A stretch of 63,779 bases of DNA, filler included, from Octopus bimaculoides (lineage: Eukaryota), in NCBI RefSeq assembly GCF_001194135.2. It is 6 parts of 6 records of this genome, joined end to end, with 100 filler letters (N's around TTAATTAATTAA, not from the genome) between each part and the next. Parts side by side here need not be neighbours in the genome. Positions count along the whole stretch, not along the records: positions 1 to 22,513 come from NC_068999.1; 5 more parts are not named here. The stretch is one strand, 5' to 3'. How positions within the stretch are numbered: position 1 is the stretch's first letter; the number at the start of each line of letters is the position of its first letter. Positions 1 through 12,400 of this stretch are shown one piece after another. The notes beneath the pieces are model-generated. The model was given only the letters and a program-made list of their open reading frames with translations, ran no database searches and was not told where the DNA came from. A program made the translations under genes and the position numbers.

Positions 1-926
1 AGTACCAAAATTACATAAAAATACCTTGAAATACTCAAGAGTAAATTTATTCAATAAAAAAATCGCCATTGACTTCAACCTCAGCCTCCAGACGACTTCG
101 GAATCTCCTGCAAATCTTCTGGACGGTCTTCTTGTTTAAGTTGGTGAATGCTGCTATAATTCTTGCCTTCGGTCCATCGTTGGTGTTACAAGGAGTTTTG
201 TTGGTCTCTCGCTCAACTGCGCCCCACACATAACAGTTAAGAGGATTGCAGTCTGGGGAGTTAGGTGGCCAGATGTTAGGAATGTGGTCGCAGAAATTGT
301 TTGACAGCCATGACTGGGTTCTTCTGCTTGTGTGAGTCCTGTTGCCAAACAGGGTTTTCCAGTGGCCACCCTCTTGACTCAGGGCAGCACTACCTCCTCC
401 AGGCCCTTGATGTGTTGAGTGTGAGGCCGTATGAGAAGATGAATGGAAGCATAAAGTCGCCATCACTAGTGATCACTCCAAACGTCATGATGTTGATTGG
501 ATGTTTGATTTTTATCACTCTCAGTACATGTCCTCAGATTCCAATGTCCTCAGATTGCAATGTCCTCAGATTGCAATGCCCTCAGATTGCAATGTCCTCA
601 GATTGCAATGCCCTCAGATTGCAATGTCCTCAGATTGCAATGTCCTCAGATTGCACTGTTCTCAGATTGCAATGTCCTCAGATTGCACTGTTCTCAGATT
701 GACACCCAAATACTCTGAAATGTTCGTATTGGAGCTTTCGGCGTGAATTCCAAGCAGTACAGCATGTCATTTCCAAATTTTGGCAGAGTGAATCGTGTCG
801 TGGTGCTGCTTTTTCTCACAGACGGTGCTCAATTGACCCTATACTGTGTAGTCGACAAAACCAAAACAAACAATGCGCATGCGCAAAATTAAAAATATAA
901 ATTGGCGACAATTTACCCATCGCAAC
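1..926 (-). mobile_element. Degenerate IS630-Tc1-mariner (maT/DD37D-like) transposon, internally deleted and frameshifted
   Basis: Minus-strand C-terminus IWPPNSPDCNPLNCYVWGAVERETNKTPCNT...RFRSRLEAEVEVNGDFFIE (47-300) plus VITSDGDFMLPF; N-terminal HTH HAVLLGIHAESSNTNISEYLGVNLRTVQ at about 690-790; 5' end runs into the N gap at 927. Confidence 0.85.
529..704. repeat. 16-bp minisatellite (TGTCCTCAGATTGCAA) x about 11 inside the transposase
   Basis: Direct count of 16-bp units with few substitutions. Confidence 0.95.
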
Positions 927-2103
927 NNNNNNNNNNNNNNNNNNNNNNNNNNNNNNNNNNNNNNNNNNNNNNNNNNNNNNNNNNNNNNNNNNNNNNNNNN
1001 NNNNNNNNNNNNNNNNNNNNNNNNNNNNNNNNNNNNNNNNNNNNNNNNNNNNNNNNNNNNNNNNNNNNNNNNNNNNNNNNNNNNNNNNNNNNNNNNNNNN
1101 NNNNNNNNNNNNNNNNNNNNNNNNNNNNNNNNNNNNNNNNNNNNNNNNNNNNNNNNNNNNNNNNNNNNNNNNNNNNNNNNNNNNNNNNNNNNNNNNNNNN
1201 NNNNNNNNNNNNNNNNNNNNNNNNNNNNNNNNNNNNNNNNNNNNNNNNNNNNNNNNNNNNNNNNNNNNNNNNNNNNNNNNNNNNNNNNNNNNNNNNNNNN
1301 NNNNNNNNNNNNNNNNNNNNNNNNNNNNNNNNNNNNNNNNNNNNNNNNNNNNNNNNNNNNNNNNNNNNNNNNNNNNNNNNNNNNNNNNNNNNNNNNNNNN
1401 NNNNNNNNNNNNNNNNNNNNNNNNNNNNNNNNNNNNNNNNNNNNNNNNNNNNNNNNNNNNNNNNNNNNNNNNNNNNNNNNNNNNNNNNNNNNNNNNNNNN
1501 NNNNNNNNNNNNNNNNNNNNNNNNNNNNNNNNNNNNNNNNNNNNNNNNNNNNNNNNNNNNNNNNNNNNNNNNNNNNNNNNNNNNNNNNNNNNNNNNNNNN
1601 NNNNNNNNNNNNNNNNNNNNNNNNNNNNNNNNNNNNNNNNNNNNNNNNNNNNNNNNNNNNNNNNNNNNNNNNNNNNNTATATAGGGAGAGAGAGAGGGGG
1701 GAGAGTGAGAGATGTAGGCATTTTGTGCCAATCCTGCATATGTAAATGATATATGTGTGTATGACTATCTGTGGTTGGAATAAACATTGGTGTGTTAAAT
1801 TAAACTACGATGTATGAACGTAACTTCCGGATATAACATTTATAGTTTTTTCCATTTATATTACAAGCGGTTACCTACACACCACACTTCTACAATCGAG
1901 GCTACACTATATTGAAGAGCCAATAGAGAAAACAAAAAAAAAAAATAAACAAAAAACTCATGTATTTAAAAAAAAAAATCTGTGGTGGTTCGAATCCTAT
2001 CGGAGCTGTTGTGCTGTCCTTTTTGAACTCTCGTATTGAGTCTGTTGCTTATCGCGTCGGGCATCACTTCGAGAACTAATCATACTTTGTTAGTTTGCAT
2101 GCA

Positions 2104-2454
2104 TGCACGTACGTACGTACGTACGTACGTATGTATGTATGTATGTATGTATGTATGTATGTATGTATGTATGTATGTATGCTTGCATGTATGCATGCAT
2201 GCATGTATGTATGTATATATGTATGTATGTAATTGTTCAGTTTTATTTCAAGATTTCTTGCCAATAGAGAAAGAGCCGATTTCTAACCTAGATCCAAGAC
2301 TCTTTCATTGGAATTTCAACATCAACAACAGGGCATTTTTGTATGTATGTATGTATGTATGTATGTATTTATGTATGTATGTATGTATGTATGTATGTAT
2401 GTATGTATATGTGCAGGTTTGTATGTTTTGATTTGTGTATGTATTGTCATGCAT
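2104..2454. repeat. (TACG)n/(TATG)n microsatellite blocks
   Basis: Visible tetranucleotide arrays at 2104-2230 and 2340-2410. Confidence 0.9.
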
Positions 2455-2554
2455 NNNNNNNNNNNNNNNNNNNNNNNNNNNNNNNNNNNNNNNNNNNNNN
2501 NNNNNNNNNNNNNNNNNNNNNNNNNNNNNNNNNNNNNNNNNNNNNNNNNNNNNN

Positions 2555-2841
2555 GTCACATATCCCAGGGCCCCAATAATTACAGGTATAAACCTGAACT
2601 TGTAATCTGGATAGAGTAACTGCAGATTTGTCAATAGTTCAGCGTAGGTATTCTCTTTTTCACTGATCTTCAGCTTTATATTAACATCCGCTGGGCAGCT
2701 AATTTCCACAACTGTACACAATTTCTCTTCTCTATCCCAAATCATTATATCAGGTCTGTTGTGCTTACATTTTATTGAGGTCTTCTCTGGGACATTCCAC
2801 CAGTACTCATTTTTATTATGAGTGGCTATGGCTTCTACCAT
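2555..2841 (-). mobile_element. 5'-truncated non-LTR retrotransposon fragment, REL endonuclease domain (R4/Dong-like, R2 superfamily)
   Basis: EYWWNVPEKTSIKCKHNRPDIMIWDREEKLCTVVEISCPADVNIKLKISEKENTYAELL...IPVIIGALG: PD..D/E-type REL motifs. Confidence 0.85.
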
Positions 2842-3225
2842 ACTGTGTGTTCTTATTCTTTTTCCTCATATGTATATATGTATGTATGTATGTATGTATG
2901 TTTGTATGTATGTATGTATGTAAAGGAACATACTTGATTTCGTGGTTTAAGTTAATACACTAAAGTTTATTCCAACTTACACACACACACACAAACACAC
3001 ACTTTCTTTGTATGTATGTGATTACATTTTCCAGTGTCTCCTTTTCTAATTTTAGACGGCAACGCGTGGTTCAGAAGCAAATTGCTGCTATATCTACTAG
3101 ATCGCGCGCCCACGCAGAAATCTGTTCAGCTCCAAGTACACTTTGGCGTTGTCATATAGTCTAAGATCCATTTTAGTCGAGAATCTATGATGAAACTTAT
3201 TTCATTCATGATAGACCCGACATTT

Positions 3226-3810
3226 GTATATCAGGGGAAGTATTGTTCGGTTTACCAACACAAGTGTTCCCCCACCGACTTGTTCTTCATAAGTGTTCCT
3301 CATAACTTCAAGAAAAATGGGTATTTTTTAATGAAATTTTCTACAAATACCCTTCAGAGTGTGTACACTGCTATTATATCGGAATTCAATATGAAAAAAA
3401 ATTGATGAGCTCACATACATACATATTGACAAACATTTACAAAATGAAACTTGAAATTTCTAAAAAAATTGTGACGTGTGTGTACGTGACCAACAATTTT
3501 ATTTTTCACATTAAATTCCGATATAATTGTAATCTACACCATCTGAAAGGTATTTGTAGAAAATTTCATAAAAAAAATTTCCGTTTTCTGAAAGTTATGA
3601 GGAAACAAAGCCGACTCGAGTGAATTTTCCAAAACTCCTCTCCACACCCTCAGAAAAAGATTTTCACCCACTAAAAATCCCTATATAGTAATAATCTGTC
3701 CCATCCGAAGCGTGTTTGTAGAAAATTTCATTGAAAAATATTCATTTTTCTGGAAGTTATGAGGAAACAAACTTGTGTGTGGTGAGGGACACACTTCTGT
3801 AAATATACCG
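3226..3810. mobile_element. MITE-like element with internal inverted subrepeats
   Basis: Arm TCCTCATAACTT...GAAATTTTCTACAAATACC (about 3295-3390) recurs inverted at about 3520-3607 and 3705-3770. Confidence 0.5.
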
Positions 3811-4189
3811 TATAGTTCAATATGACTATTATTTCAGATTGTAATTTGTGGATCTTGGCTGCTGTTTATGAGGGTTAGCAGCAGCTGAATTGTGCGTGTG
3901 TACTAACTAAACCCTGACATGTCTGATTGAAAAAATAGTTTGGTGGTAAGAGTGTCTGTCAATACCGCAATACATTTGCTCTGTTAATTATGCAGGCATA
4001 AATATTTCAGACAAGACTAAAATATGAGAAAGACAGGTGTATAATTAAATTAAAGCCAAAAGAACGTAATATATTTTAAATTACTTTTGACTTGCTGTAA
4101 GTTTTCGTCTCTATCCAGCATTTAACTTCATTGTTTTGGTAAACTTTAACAAAATTTTCTCACATTAATGACAGTATATATATTTTATT

Positions 4190-4385
4190 TCAAATTTTGG
4201 CACAAGGCAAGAAATTTTAGAGGATTGGTTCGTCGATTATATTGGTCTCAGATGCTACTCTATTTTATCGATCTAGAAAGTATGAAAGGTAAAGTTGATC
4301 TCGGTAGAATTTGAACTCAGAACAGAAAGAGTCGGAAGAAATGTTAAGCATTGTGTTCGGTGCGCTACCGATTCTCCCTGCTTAC
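4190..4385 (-). mobile_element. tRNA-derived SINE, family A
   Basis: Reverse complement of head ...GTTCTGAGTTCAAATT (B box) and core GTCGA..TTTCATCCTTTC..GTCGATAAA. Confidence 0.7.
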
Positions 4386-4494
4386 AACAAATATCTATTA
4401 CTATAAATTATGTTGTTCATAGAAACCAAGATCTTAGGATATCAATCTAATGCTATCAATTAAGCATATTAAACTGAAGATCTAAAGGAACTTG

Positions 4495-4619
4495 ATGAGA
4501 TTCAGACCCACTGCGTGGTACTTTGGGCAAGTGCCTTCTACTATAGCCGCGGGCCGACCAAAGCCTTGTGAGAGGATTTGATAGACGAAAACTGAAAGAA
4601 GCCCATCGTATATAAATAT

Positions 4620-4679
<60 letters not shown>

Positions 4680-4775
4680 TGTCTGTCCCCCATTATCGCT
4701 TGAAAACCGGTGGTGTGTGTACGTCCCCGTAACGTAGCTGTTCGGCAAAAATGACCGATAGGATATTACTGGGCT
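4495..4775 (+). mobile_element. tRNA-derived SINE, family B (internal TA/TG microsatellite)
   Basis: GTTCAGACCCACTGCGTGG...GGAAACTGAAAGAAGCCC-(TA)n(TG)n-...CGTCCCCGTAAC; same layout at several other loci. Confidence 0.75.
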
Positions 4776-6189
4776 TATATATATATATATATGCGCATAA
4801 TCATACTGGTAATTAAACTGTTTGGATTGTTTTAGTTTTGTGAGTTCTAAAACAAGGTATCATAAATTTGACCAGCGTCGAAATCACGATGCGTTTTCGA
4901 TTCCCAGTTGAAAACAATTCATTTATCTTACGCCAATGATAGAGAGCTCTGTGACGCTTCTAATCCTTAACAAAAATCCTCGGTATGTTAACAGTTAACA
5001 AACACTGATACTTGTTAAGACCTCTGGATTTATTTCTAGGAATATCTGCACCACTTCAAATCGGCAAGTTTCCTAGGCAAGTTTCTTGAATAAATGATCA
5101 TATATTGTTCTTGTTTTCTCAGTGAACTGAAACATTATGGGAAACAATATATCATTCATGTCTCTCACATTGACGTTTTTCATTAGTTTAATAACATGAT
5201 ATATTTGTGCTAAATGTAGAACCTGACGCCAGCAGGCTGCTATTGATTAATATAATTTAACAAGTAATATAAATGAAACGTACTAATCATATTTAATGAT
5301 TGTGCACAATGTTTATTTTGTAAGGGTGGTAGCGCGCTCTATTGCAACGCCTCAGTATGCACCTGTTACTTATTTTCAGGGATGATGAAAGGACCAACGA
5401 TTCCTACAACAGTGTAATGTTTATGTAAAGAAACGACACTAAACACTGCAAAACAAGTTAGTGGCATAACCGTTGAAGGAGGTGCTTTATTAGTCATGCT
5501 ACTCTATCAGCTTGCTTTGACTGAATGTTAATTTATGAATATTTCGATCGAAAGGAAGTTGACATTTGAAATAACAATGAAACTTAATTTCAATCTTCTG
5601 TTGTCTTTCTACATATTTTATTTTCTGCATCCGTCCCGGCATGTGTGCACAATCTGTAATTTCCTTCAATTCAACTAGTGGATTTATACATTTCCTACAG
5701 AATTCGATGTTTTATAATCCTCAGTTTCTTGAATTTAGCACAAGGAAATATGACACCAGATAATCGCACGAATCGACCAAACAAAGACAAGAAATATTGG
5801 CAGACGTTATTATTTGAAAAAAGCAGACGACAGTATTAACTTCCGGAACCCACAATAAAATGTCGTGACGTAAATTCAAGTTATTTATTGTTTATTAATA
5901 TTACTGCTTTAGTTTATTTAAATATGAAGCAAAGTACTGCAACGGAGAAGTGATGAGAATATTTTGTTGATTTGCGGATAAGGTTTCAGTTATTGCATAT
6001 GTTTACTGAATGTTATTATATTCTGATTATCCTGTTATTGGTTTCTTGCAGCATATCATTTGACAGTCAAAGAGCTATGCTCACGACAGCTAAGGCTGCG
6101 ATGCGGTTTCAACCCCCTTCGTAACCATTTTGAGAAGACATGAAAGTCACAAAATTCCATATTTCTTCGTATTTATTATTGTTATTGTT

Positions 6190-7460
6190 TGGGTGACGAG
6201 ATGGCTGAACCGTTAGCAAGTTGGACTAAATACTTAGTGGTGTTTCTTCTGCTTCATTCCGACCTGAGTTCAAATTCCGCTGGGGTCGATTTTATCTTTC
6301 ATCCTCTCGGGGTCGATAAAATAAAATACCAGTCAATTACTGGGATCGACGTAATCGATTTAACCAGCCCCACAGAAAAAAATCAGGCTTTGTGCATATG
6401 ATAGGAAGGATTGAAGGTTGCGAGCTGGCATAATCGTTAACGAGTCAGGCAAAATACTTAGCAATAATTCTTCCGGTCGATGTAATCGATTTACCCACCA
6501 CCCTAAAAATTGCTGGCTTTGTGCCAAAATTTGAAATCATTATTTTTGCTGCTGTTGCAAAGGCTGCAAATAGGCAGAGTCATTAGAGCGCCGTATAGAG
6601 TGTTTTGCGAAATTCGTTTCAACACTCTGAGCTCCAAATTCAAATCATGACAAGTTAATTCCATCTTTTATTCTCTCAGAGCTGAAAAAAATAATCTTCT
6701 AGTCAAGTAATGGAGTCGATGTAATCTACTTGTTTCCTCCCCCAGAATTGCTGGCCTTGTACCAAAATTTGAAATCATCATTATTGTTGTATCAACAGTA
6801 AGAGATTTAGCAGAAAGAGTAAATGGCTAGACTGAATGATTTTTACATTCTGAGTTCGAGTTTTACACGTGTGAAGTTCAAATCACACCAGAGACTATCT
6901 TGCCTCTCATTCTTCCACGGCTGGTAAAGAAAATATCAGTAATATATTGATTTTAAAATTTACCAGCAAGCCTCTACAGAGAAGAATATCAGTAATATGT
7001 TGTGTTGATTCATCTTAAATATTTCTTTCAAAGCCGATCTTTTTGCATAGTAAAAGGAAATCCGTTTTTAAATTGGCTGCGTGACAGAAACGGCGGAACG
7101 CTGATCTTTAGAATAATTGTAGGGCGGCGGACTGGCAGAATCGTTAGCACGCCTGTCGAAATACTTAGCGGTATTTTGTCTGCCGTTACGTTCTGAGTTC
7201 AAATTCCGCCGAGGTCAACTTTGCCTTTCATCCTTTCGGGGTCGATTAAATAAATATCAGTTACGCACTGGAGTTGATGTAATCGACTTAAACCCTTTAT
7301 CTGTCCTTGTATGTCCCCTCTGTGTTTAGCTCCCTGTGGGCAATAAAGAAATTGATCTTTAGAATAATCGTATTATAATACGATTTTTAGTTTAGTCCTT
7401 CTATGTTCTGAGTTCAAATGCAGCAAGAAACTTATTTTAACACATCCTTTCCGACAGGAG
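6190..7460 (+). mobile_element. Cluster of same-orientation family A SINE copies (about 6190-6400, 6415-6545, 6562-6785, 7122-7352 plus fragments)
   Basis: Repeated GGC(G)AGCTGGCAGAATCGTTAG A-box head, GAGTTCAAATTCC B box and GTCGATGTAATCGA hairpin. Confidence 0.8.
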
Positions 7461-8384
7461 CCCTAAAATAACTACAATGACAAACTAAAACATCTCTACA
7501 TTCAACTATGTACATTATTTAGGAGTAAATAAAACATGAGATTTATGTTTTTACATTTTATTTTTAATAATACTTCAACTTATTTTACACATTATTTATC
7601 TAACTTTTTTGTCGTTTCATTTATAAATTTTATATCAAAGGTTCACGGGTCTTGTTTCTATTCAGTTTCCTCAAGCCGCCATATATTGATATATTTATCT
7701 CTATATTTTGTATGCCAACCTCTATGTAGAAGGCAAAAAAGGAAAGTCAGTAGAACACTGAACTAAATATTGAATAAGTACATTTTCTGTGGCGAGACGA
7801 GAATTCTTACAGTTCCAACTCTTTCACATTATGGTACACAAACTTCTCCAAATTCATGAACGATTTTGCTTGATTTAATTCAGTGATCGATCAAATCAGT
7901 CATGTGTTGCTATTGATCTATACACTTATGTTTCTCTATTACATATTTGTGGTCTACAGGCAAAACAGGAGATGAATATTTATAATATGAAGAGAAATGA
8001 GTCAATAGAAGAATTATCAGTGTGCCTATTCATATGAAATCATTAACGGTATGATTGAATGGTTATTTGTTCCACCATAAATACCTGCGCTATGCTAGTT
8101 CCTATGTGAAATATAACTTTGAAAATAAAATTAATTTAGATTTAAAAAACAACAGTGTATTTTCATTTTTGTTTTGTCAGTAAAAGTAGTTCGAGAGTCA
8201 AAAGCGTTTTTTAAAAACATTTAAAGTTAAACTGACAGTGTTCAAATTACGTTTTCATTAAATTCCTTTTCTAACATGTCTATAATTGGGAAGATTATTT
8301 TGAAAATAAGCAGAAAACAATAATATAAATATTTCTTTGAAATTTTAGTACATGACCAGTAATTTTAAGAGGAAGAGTAAAATA

Positions 8385-8530
8385 AATTACATTAATCCCC
8401 AGTGTTCAATTAGTACTTATTTAATCGATTCCGAGAAGATGAAAAGTAAAGTCGACCGCGGCAGGCTAAAGAGCCGGATGAAATATCGTTGAACAATGGT
8501 AACGAGTCTGCCAGCTCACTACGCCTTATT
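8385..8530 (-). mobile_element. Family A SINE fragment
   Basis: TACTTATTT.ATCGA..CCGA.AAGATGAAA.GTAAAGTCGACC core on the reverse strand. Confidence 0.65.
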
Positions 8531-9394
8531 TGCTTCACGCTGTAAATTGAAATCGTTGCTTGAAATAAAGGAAATTAGTGCTTACTCCAAATACATTTCG
8601 CTTTGGATAGTTATTAATTAACTGTTAAACATACCACGAATTCTTTGAAACCGTAATGTCACAATAGCCTCTCACATTTGCTATGACCGAGTTTTAAACA
8701 CCCATCAATTTCTGTCTGCCAAACTGTATATTACCAGCTTTGACATATCACACAAGTTTCATGTTTTAAACTCTGTAGAAGAAATGAATGAAAGACAAAA
8801 TTTATTCAAGTGGCATTTGAACTTGGAACAATGGTTAACAAGATAACACTAAAGTATCCTGTCTCGTCTAGCTCCAATGTCGCATGAGCATGTGGATGAT
8901 AATACCCTCATTTCTAAAGTACAAACTTAAAAGATTTGCAGATAAGATAAATTCTAACTTCATTGAAGCAACTATCTAGGTCTAGTTAATTAGTTACGTC
9001 AGACAGCTTGAGGAACCTGAATCCAGGTTTCTGGGATCCCAGCCTGTAACTTAACCTGGGGCTAAAGATTAGCAATATTAAGCTGATTCAAAATAAAAGT
9101 AATCGATGATTTTAGCTTAACCTCAGAAAGGCTTTAGCGTGAGACTCGAATTACAAGTGCATAAGAACTTACGTGGACGCCTCTATACTAAAAATAAAAG
9201 AACTTTTACTTTCATAAGTTTAAAGGCACGAAACTTATACTAAATTAATATTTTGGTCTTAAGGTTTGCACAAGTTTTTCATATGGAGTTTTAGAACCTT
9301 CATCAAAGAAATGTTTCAAAGTTCGATGGGACGAAATTTGACCCTCTAGTAAGGGGTTCTCTCCACGTTGTCTTACAAGAACAAACACTGATTT

Positions 9395-9605
9395 CAAATT
9401 TTAGCATAAGGCCAGCAATTTTAGTGGTTGGGAGAGTAAGTCGATTACATAAACTTCAGTGCTGAACTTGTATTATTTTATTACCCCGAAAGTATAAAAG
9501 GCAAGAAAAAAAACATCGGCCGCCGTGAAAGTTGAACTTATAATATAAAAAGCCAGAAAGCATTTTAGCCTCACACTCTAACGATTCTGTCAGCTCACCG
9601 CCTTT
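9395..9605 (-). mobile_element. Family A SINE
   Basis: TTTCAAATTTT.GCA.AAGGCCAGCAATTT tail through AACGATTCTGTCAGCTCACCGCC head. Confidence 0.7.
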
Positions 9606-9714
9606 ATAGGAGCTAACAAAACTTACTGTCAATACCAATTTACAGCTAGATCTATTAACTTGCAGGTGTTTAGTGAATGATTGATTAATTAATTGATTGT
9701 ATGTTATCGTGATT

Positions 9715-10250
9715 GTTAGGACCCAAGTGATACCAGATCGAGCAGATCTGTCTATGATCAAAGACATATCGGCCATAACTATCCCATCTTTTAGTCAGGT
9801 ATAGTGTATCTAGAATCACATTATCCAATGTGACCTTTCCTTATTTAGAGACGCCAGGATGTGGTTTGAAGGAAATTTGATCTTTATTTGTAGTAGTAGG
9901 TCGAGCAACTACGCTGGACGACCTCACTTTAACTTGTCTGCCATTATATCAACTCTGCCTACCGTTATATTTCGGTAAATTGATTGACTCACAATTTTTC
10001 TGAAAGAGAAATTTCTAAATCATTGTGACATTACATAAACGTACAAGAAGGAGCCTTTATGTAGTCAATAAATCGACTAAAAATAGCAGTGAAATATTCC
10101 TGAATCACTCTCTGCTGTTTTGAAAAAACATAGCACATTAATTATAATATTCCTCGATAGATTATGTATTAAATAAAAACAGGATAGTCACAGTTGAAAC
10201 GCTTTATGATCATAGACCTACTTGATCGGGATTGACCTATTATTATACAT
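9715..10250. mobile_element. Two inverted copies of another short interspersed family (CTAGAAATAGCAGCC-type)
   Basis: 9715-9940 (minus) and about 10060-10250 (plus) share GATC(G)AGCAGA..TATGATCAAAG and AAATAGCAG motifs; further copies at about 24380-24545, 43400-43610 and 54700-54920. Confidence 0.5.
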
Positions 10251-10719
10251 CGACAATAATGAAAACTGGCGAAGATGGTAATCAGTAATTTAATTAAAAA
10301 GATAGTCTCTTGATACGTAATTATACAAACTGCTATCTAAAGTATCAATAAGAGTTTATGTCTAAAATCGACCTTTATTCACTTCAAATATCAGTTTAAT
10401 AATTAATTTAGAACAGACTAAGGTCAAATTTTAGCTTTTAATTTCATTGGAATTCTTTCATAAATGTTCTTCAATGAGATGTAGTTAAATGAACATGCCG
10501 GAAAAGTTGATTACCTCAAATCATAGTTGGAGAAGTCATGAGGCTATTTTTAGTTAAGCCTTTACTATTAGTGATAGTTTGGGTGAAGGAGATGTGTGAA
10601 TCTTAATAACTACCTGGTTCAATTCTTATCCTAAGCTAGCGAAAAGGTCTTCGTGGGCCTACTTTCACAGCAATGCTAAAAATGTGGAGGTATGAGTTCG
10701 TACGTTTTTTGTTCATAAA

Positions 10720-11010
10720 TATAACTGGCACTCCGTCTGTTACGACGATCAGTGCCTCAGTTGATCCGATCAGCCTGCAAGTGGCTGAAACTCCACAGAC
10801 ACGCGTTCCCTTAATGTATTCTCAGAGATATTCTGCGTGACACAGAATGTGACAAGGTGATCCTTTGAAATAAAGGCACTACTGATTTTTGCCACTTGAG
10901 TGGACTGGGACAACGAAAAATAAAGTGTCTTGCAGAAGGACAGAACGCGTCGCCGGTTTTCAAACTCATATTCGTTGGCTGAATGCCCTAACTATTAAAC
11001 CACGCGCTTT
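10720..11010 (-). mobile_element. tRNA-derived SINE, family C
   Basis: ACTGGCACTCCGTC.GTTACGACGA...GCAAGTGGCTGA..CTCCACAGACAC...AAATAAAGTGTCTTGC; same family at 14583-14860 and 45030-45315. Confidence 0.75.
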
Positions 11011-11399
11011 CACAAATATATATAAACAAATAAGTGTATTTTTATACATCATTTATATTAAATTACATAAATATATAAAACTTGGAGTAAATATTTGTGA
11101 AGTCTGAGTTTCGAATAAATTACATAGTCCTACGTTTTGTATTCAGTACTTACTCTCCCTCTCTTCTTCCTCTTTCTTATGCTTAACTATTCACACCCTC
11201 GAAGACACTTCTGTAGCGCGCATGCGCGCGCGTGTCCGTGCTCGCGTGCGCGTATGCTTCGTTTCCGTAGCGTTAACTGGTTTGATATTTGCAGCTTCAA
11301 CTCTCAATGCAAAAAACTTTTTAAATGTCTTCAAATACAAACTTAGCACGGGCCTTCAATTTCCTTTGTTTTACTCTTTTCTTTTTCATTTGTCTTACT

Positions 11400-12400
11400 A
11401 TAGATGTATCAATGCACGATGTACCATCTGAAGCTTAGGCAGAAACACAACTCCATTCTCCAGTTACACCAACCTAACTCAAAACCAGAGGAAACAATAT
11501 TTCATATAAGTTTGTCAAACTTACAGATGACGACATCTGCTTTATACCATCTCATTTCTATTCAAGCATAGTGAGATTTAACATAGTGAGTATTAAGTGT
11601 ACTGGGAATAGACGATTACTTGATTCCACAGCACATCGATATTCACTGAATTGCATTCTGCATTAATATTTCTTTGGGACATGAACATGACTTAAATTTT
11701 CGTTCAAGACGTGTTGAGCAATTTACCAAACGTTTCGGTATCAGTAACGATGACTCACCATGCTACCACATAGTGACATGCAATCTTTTTGACATTATCT
11801 CCGTCCTTGGGTCACCCACTATGACTTGTGACAATGAAATTTCACTGAAGTTGCATAGAGTGGGGGTACCAGACGAAGATATGCTCGTACGACAAATACG
11901 TTGTTCTTTTTGCTGCAATCACTGGGTCCATAAATCCATTTCTTATATCACATTAGCTGTCCGAATAGATCACGAAGTTTATCAAGAAGTGCAGCCAAAA
12001 GTGCTATGATAGTTCGCTTTACATAGTCATTGTTATGTTAAAGATGACAGTAGCTAATATAATCTACGATGGTGTATCGTAACAGCAAATGCGGTAACTG
12101 GTTTCTATCACTTATGTACCAATTGAGCTTTACCCAGCAAGAATTTTCCTGCGAAATTCATTTGCATGAGTATAAATTTGTTTCTCAAATTTTCTTGAGC
12201 AACGAGTTTGTGTCTGTGCATCGATAGTTTTGTGTACTGAGCTTGTTCTTCGTCATTCGTAAGTGAACCGCAGACTTCCGTAAACATTCCGTTGTTTTAT
12301 ATATTTCATAAATATTAGAGTGCTCCTCTTTTCTTGCTGCTCGTTGACTGCTGTTTTTACCTTGCTCATTCCGAATGCTAAAGGCAAAAGTGGATAGAGA
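11400..12400 (-). pseudogene. Possible very decayed mariner transposase
   Basis: Scattered weak motif echoes only (VIVTDTET resembling IVTGDET; VLWNQVIVY resembling VFWD.QGVI); many stops and frameshifts. Confidence 0.3.

Noticed and set aside
529-704. CRISPR-like appearance of short periodic repeats (also 53381-53862)
   Set aside because: No unique spacers, no cas genes, eukaryotic context.
816-1787. Long ORFs spanning N runs (also 12678-13850, 17753-19005, 19511-20944, 26447-27153, 32380-33225 and others)
   Set aside because: They are open only because N codons contain no stops; these are assembly gaps.
5380-5413. Possible plus-strand micro-exon (DDERTNDSYNS)
   Set aside because: Good acceptor but ambiguous donor, and no partner exons or homology.
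11218-11227. NRF1 motif GCGCATGCGC
   Set aside because: Lies in a degenerate (GC/GT)n tract where such words arise by chance.
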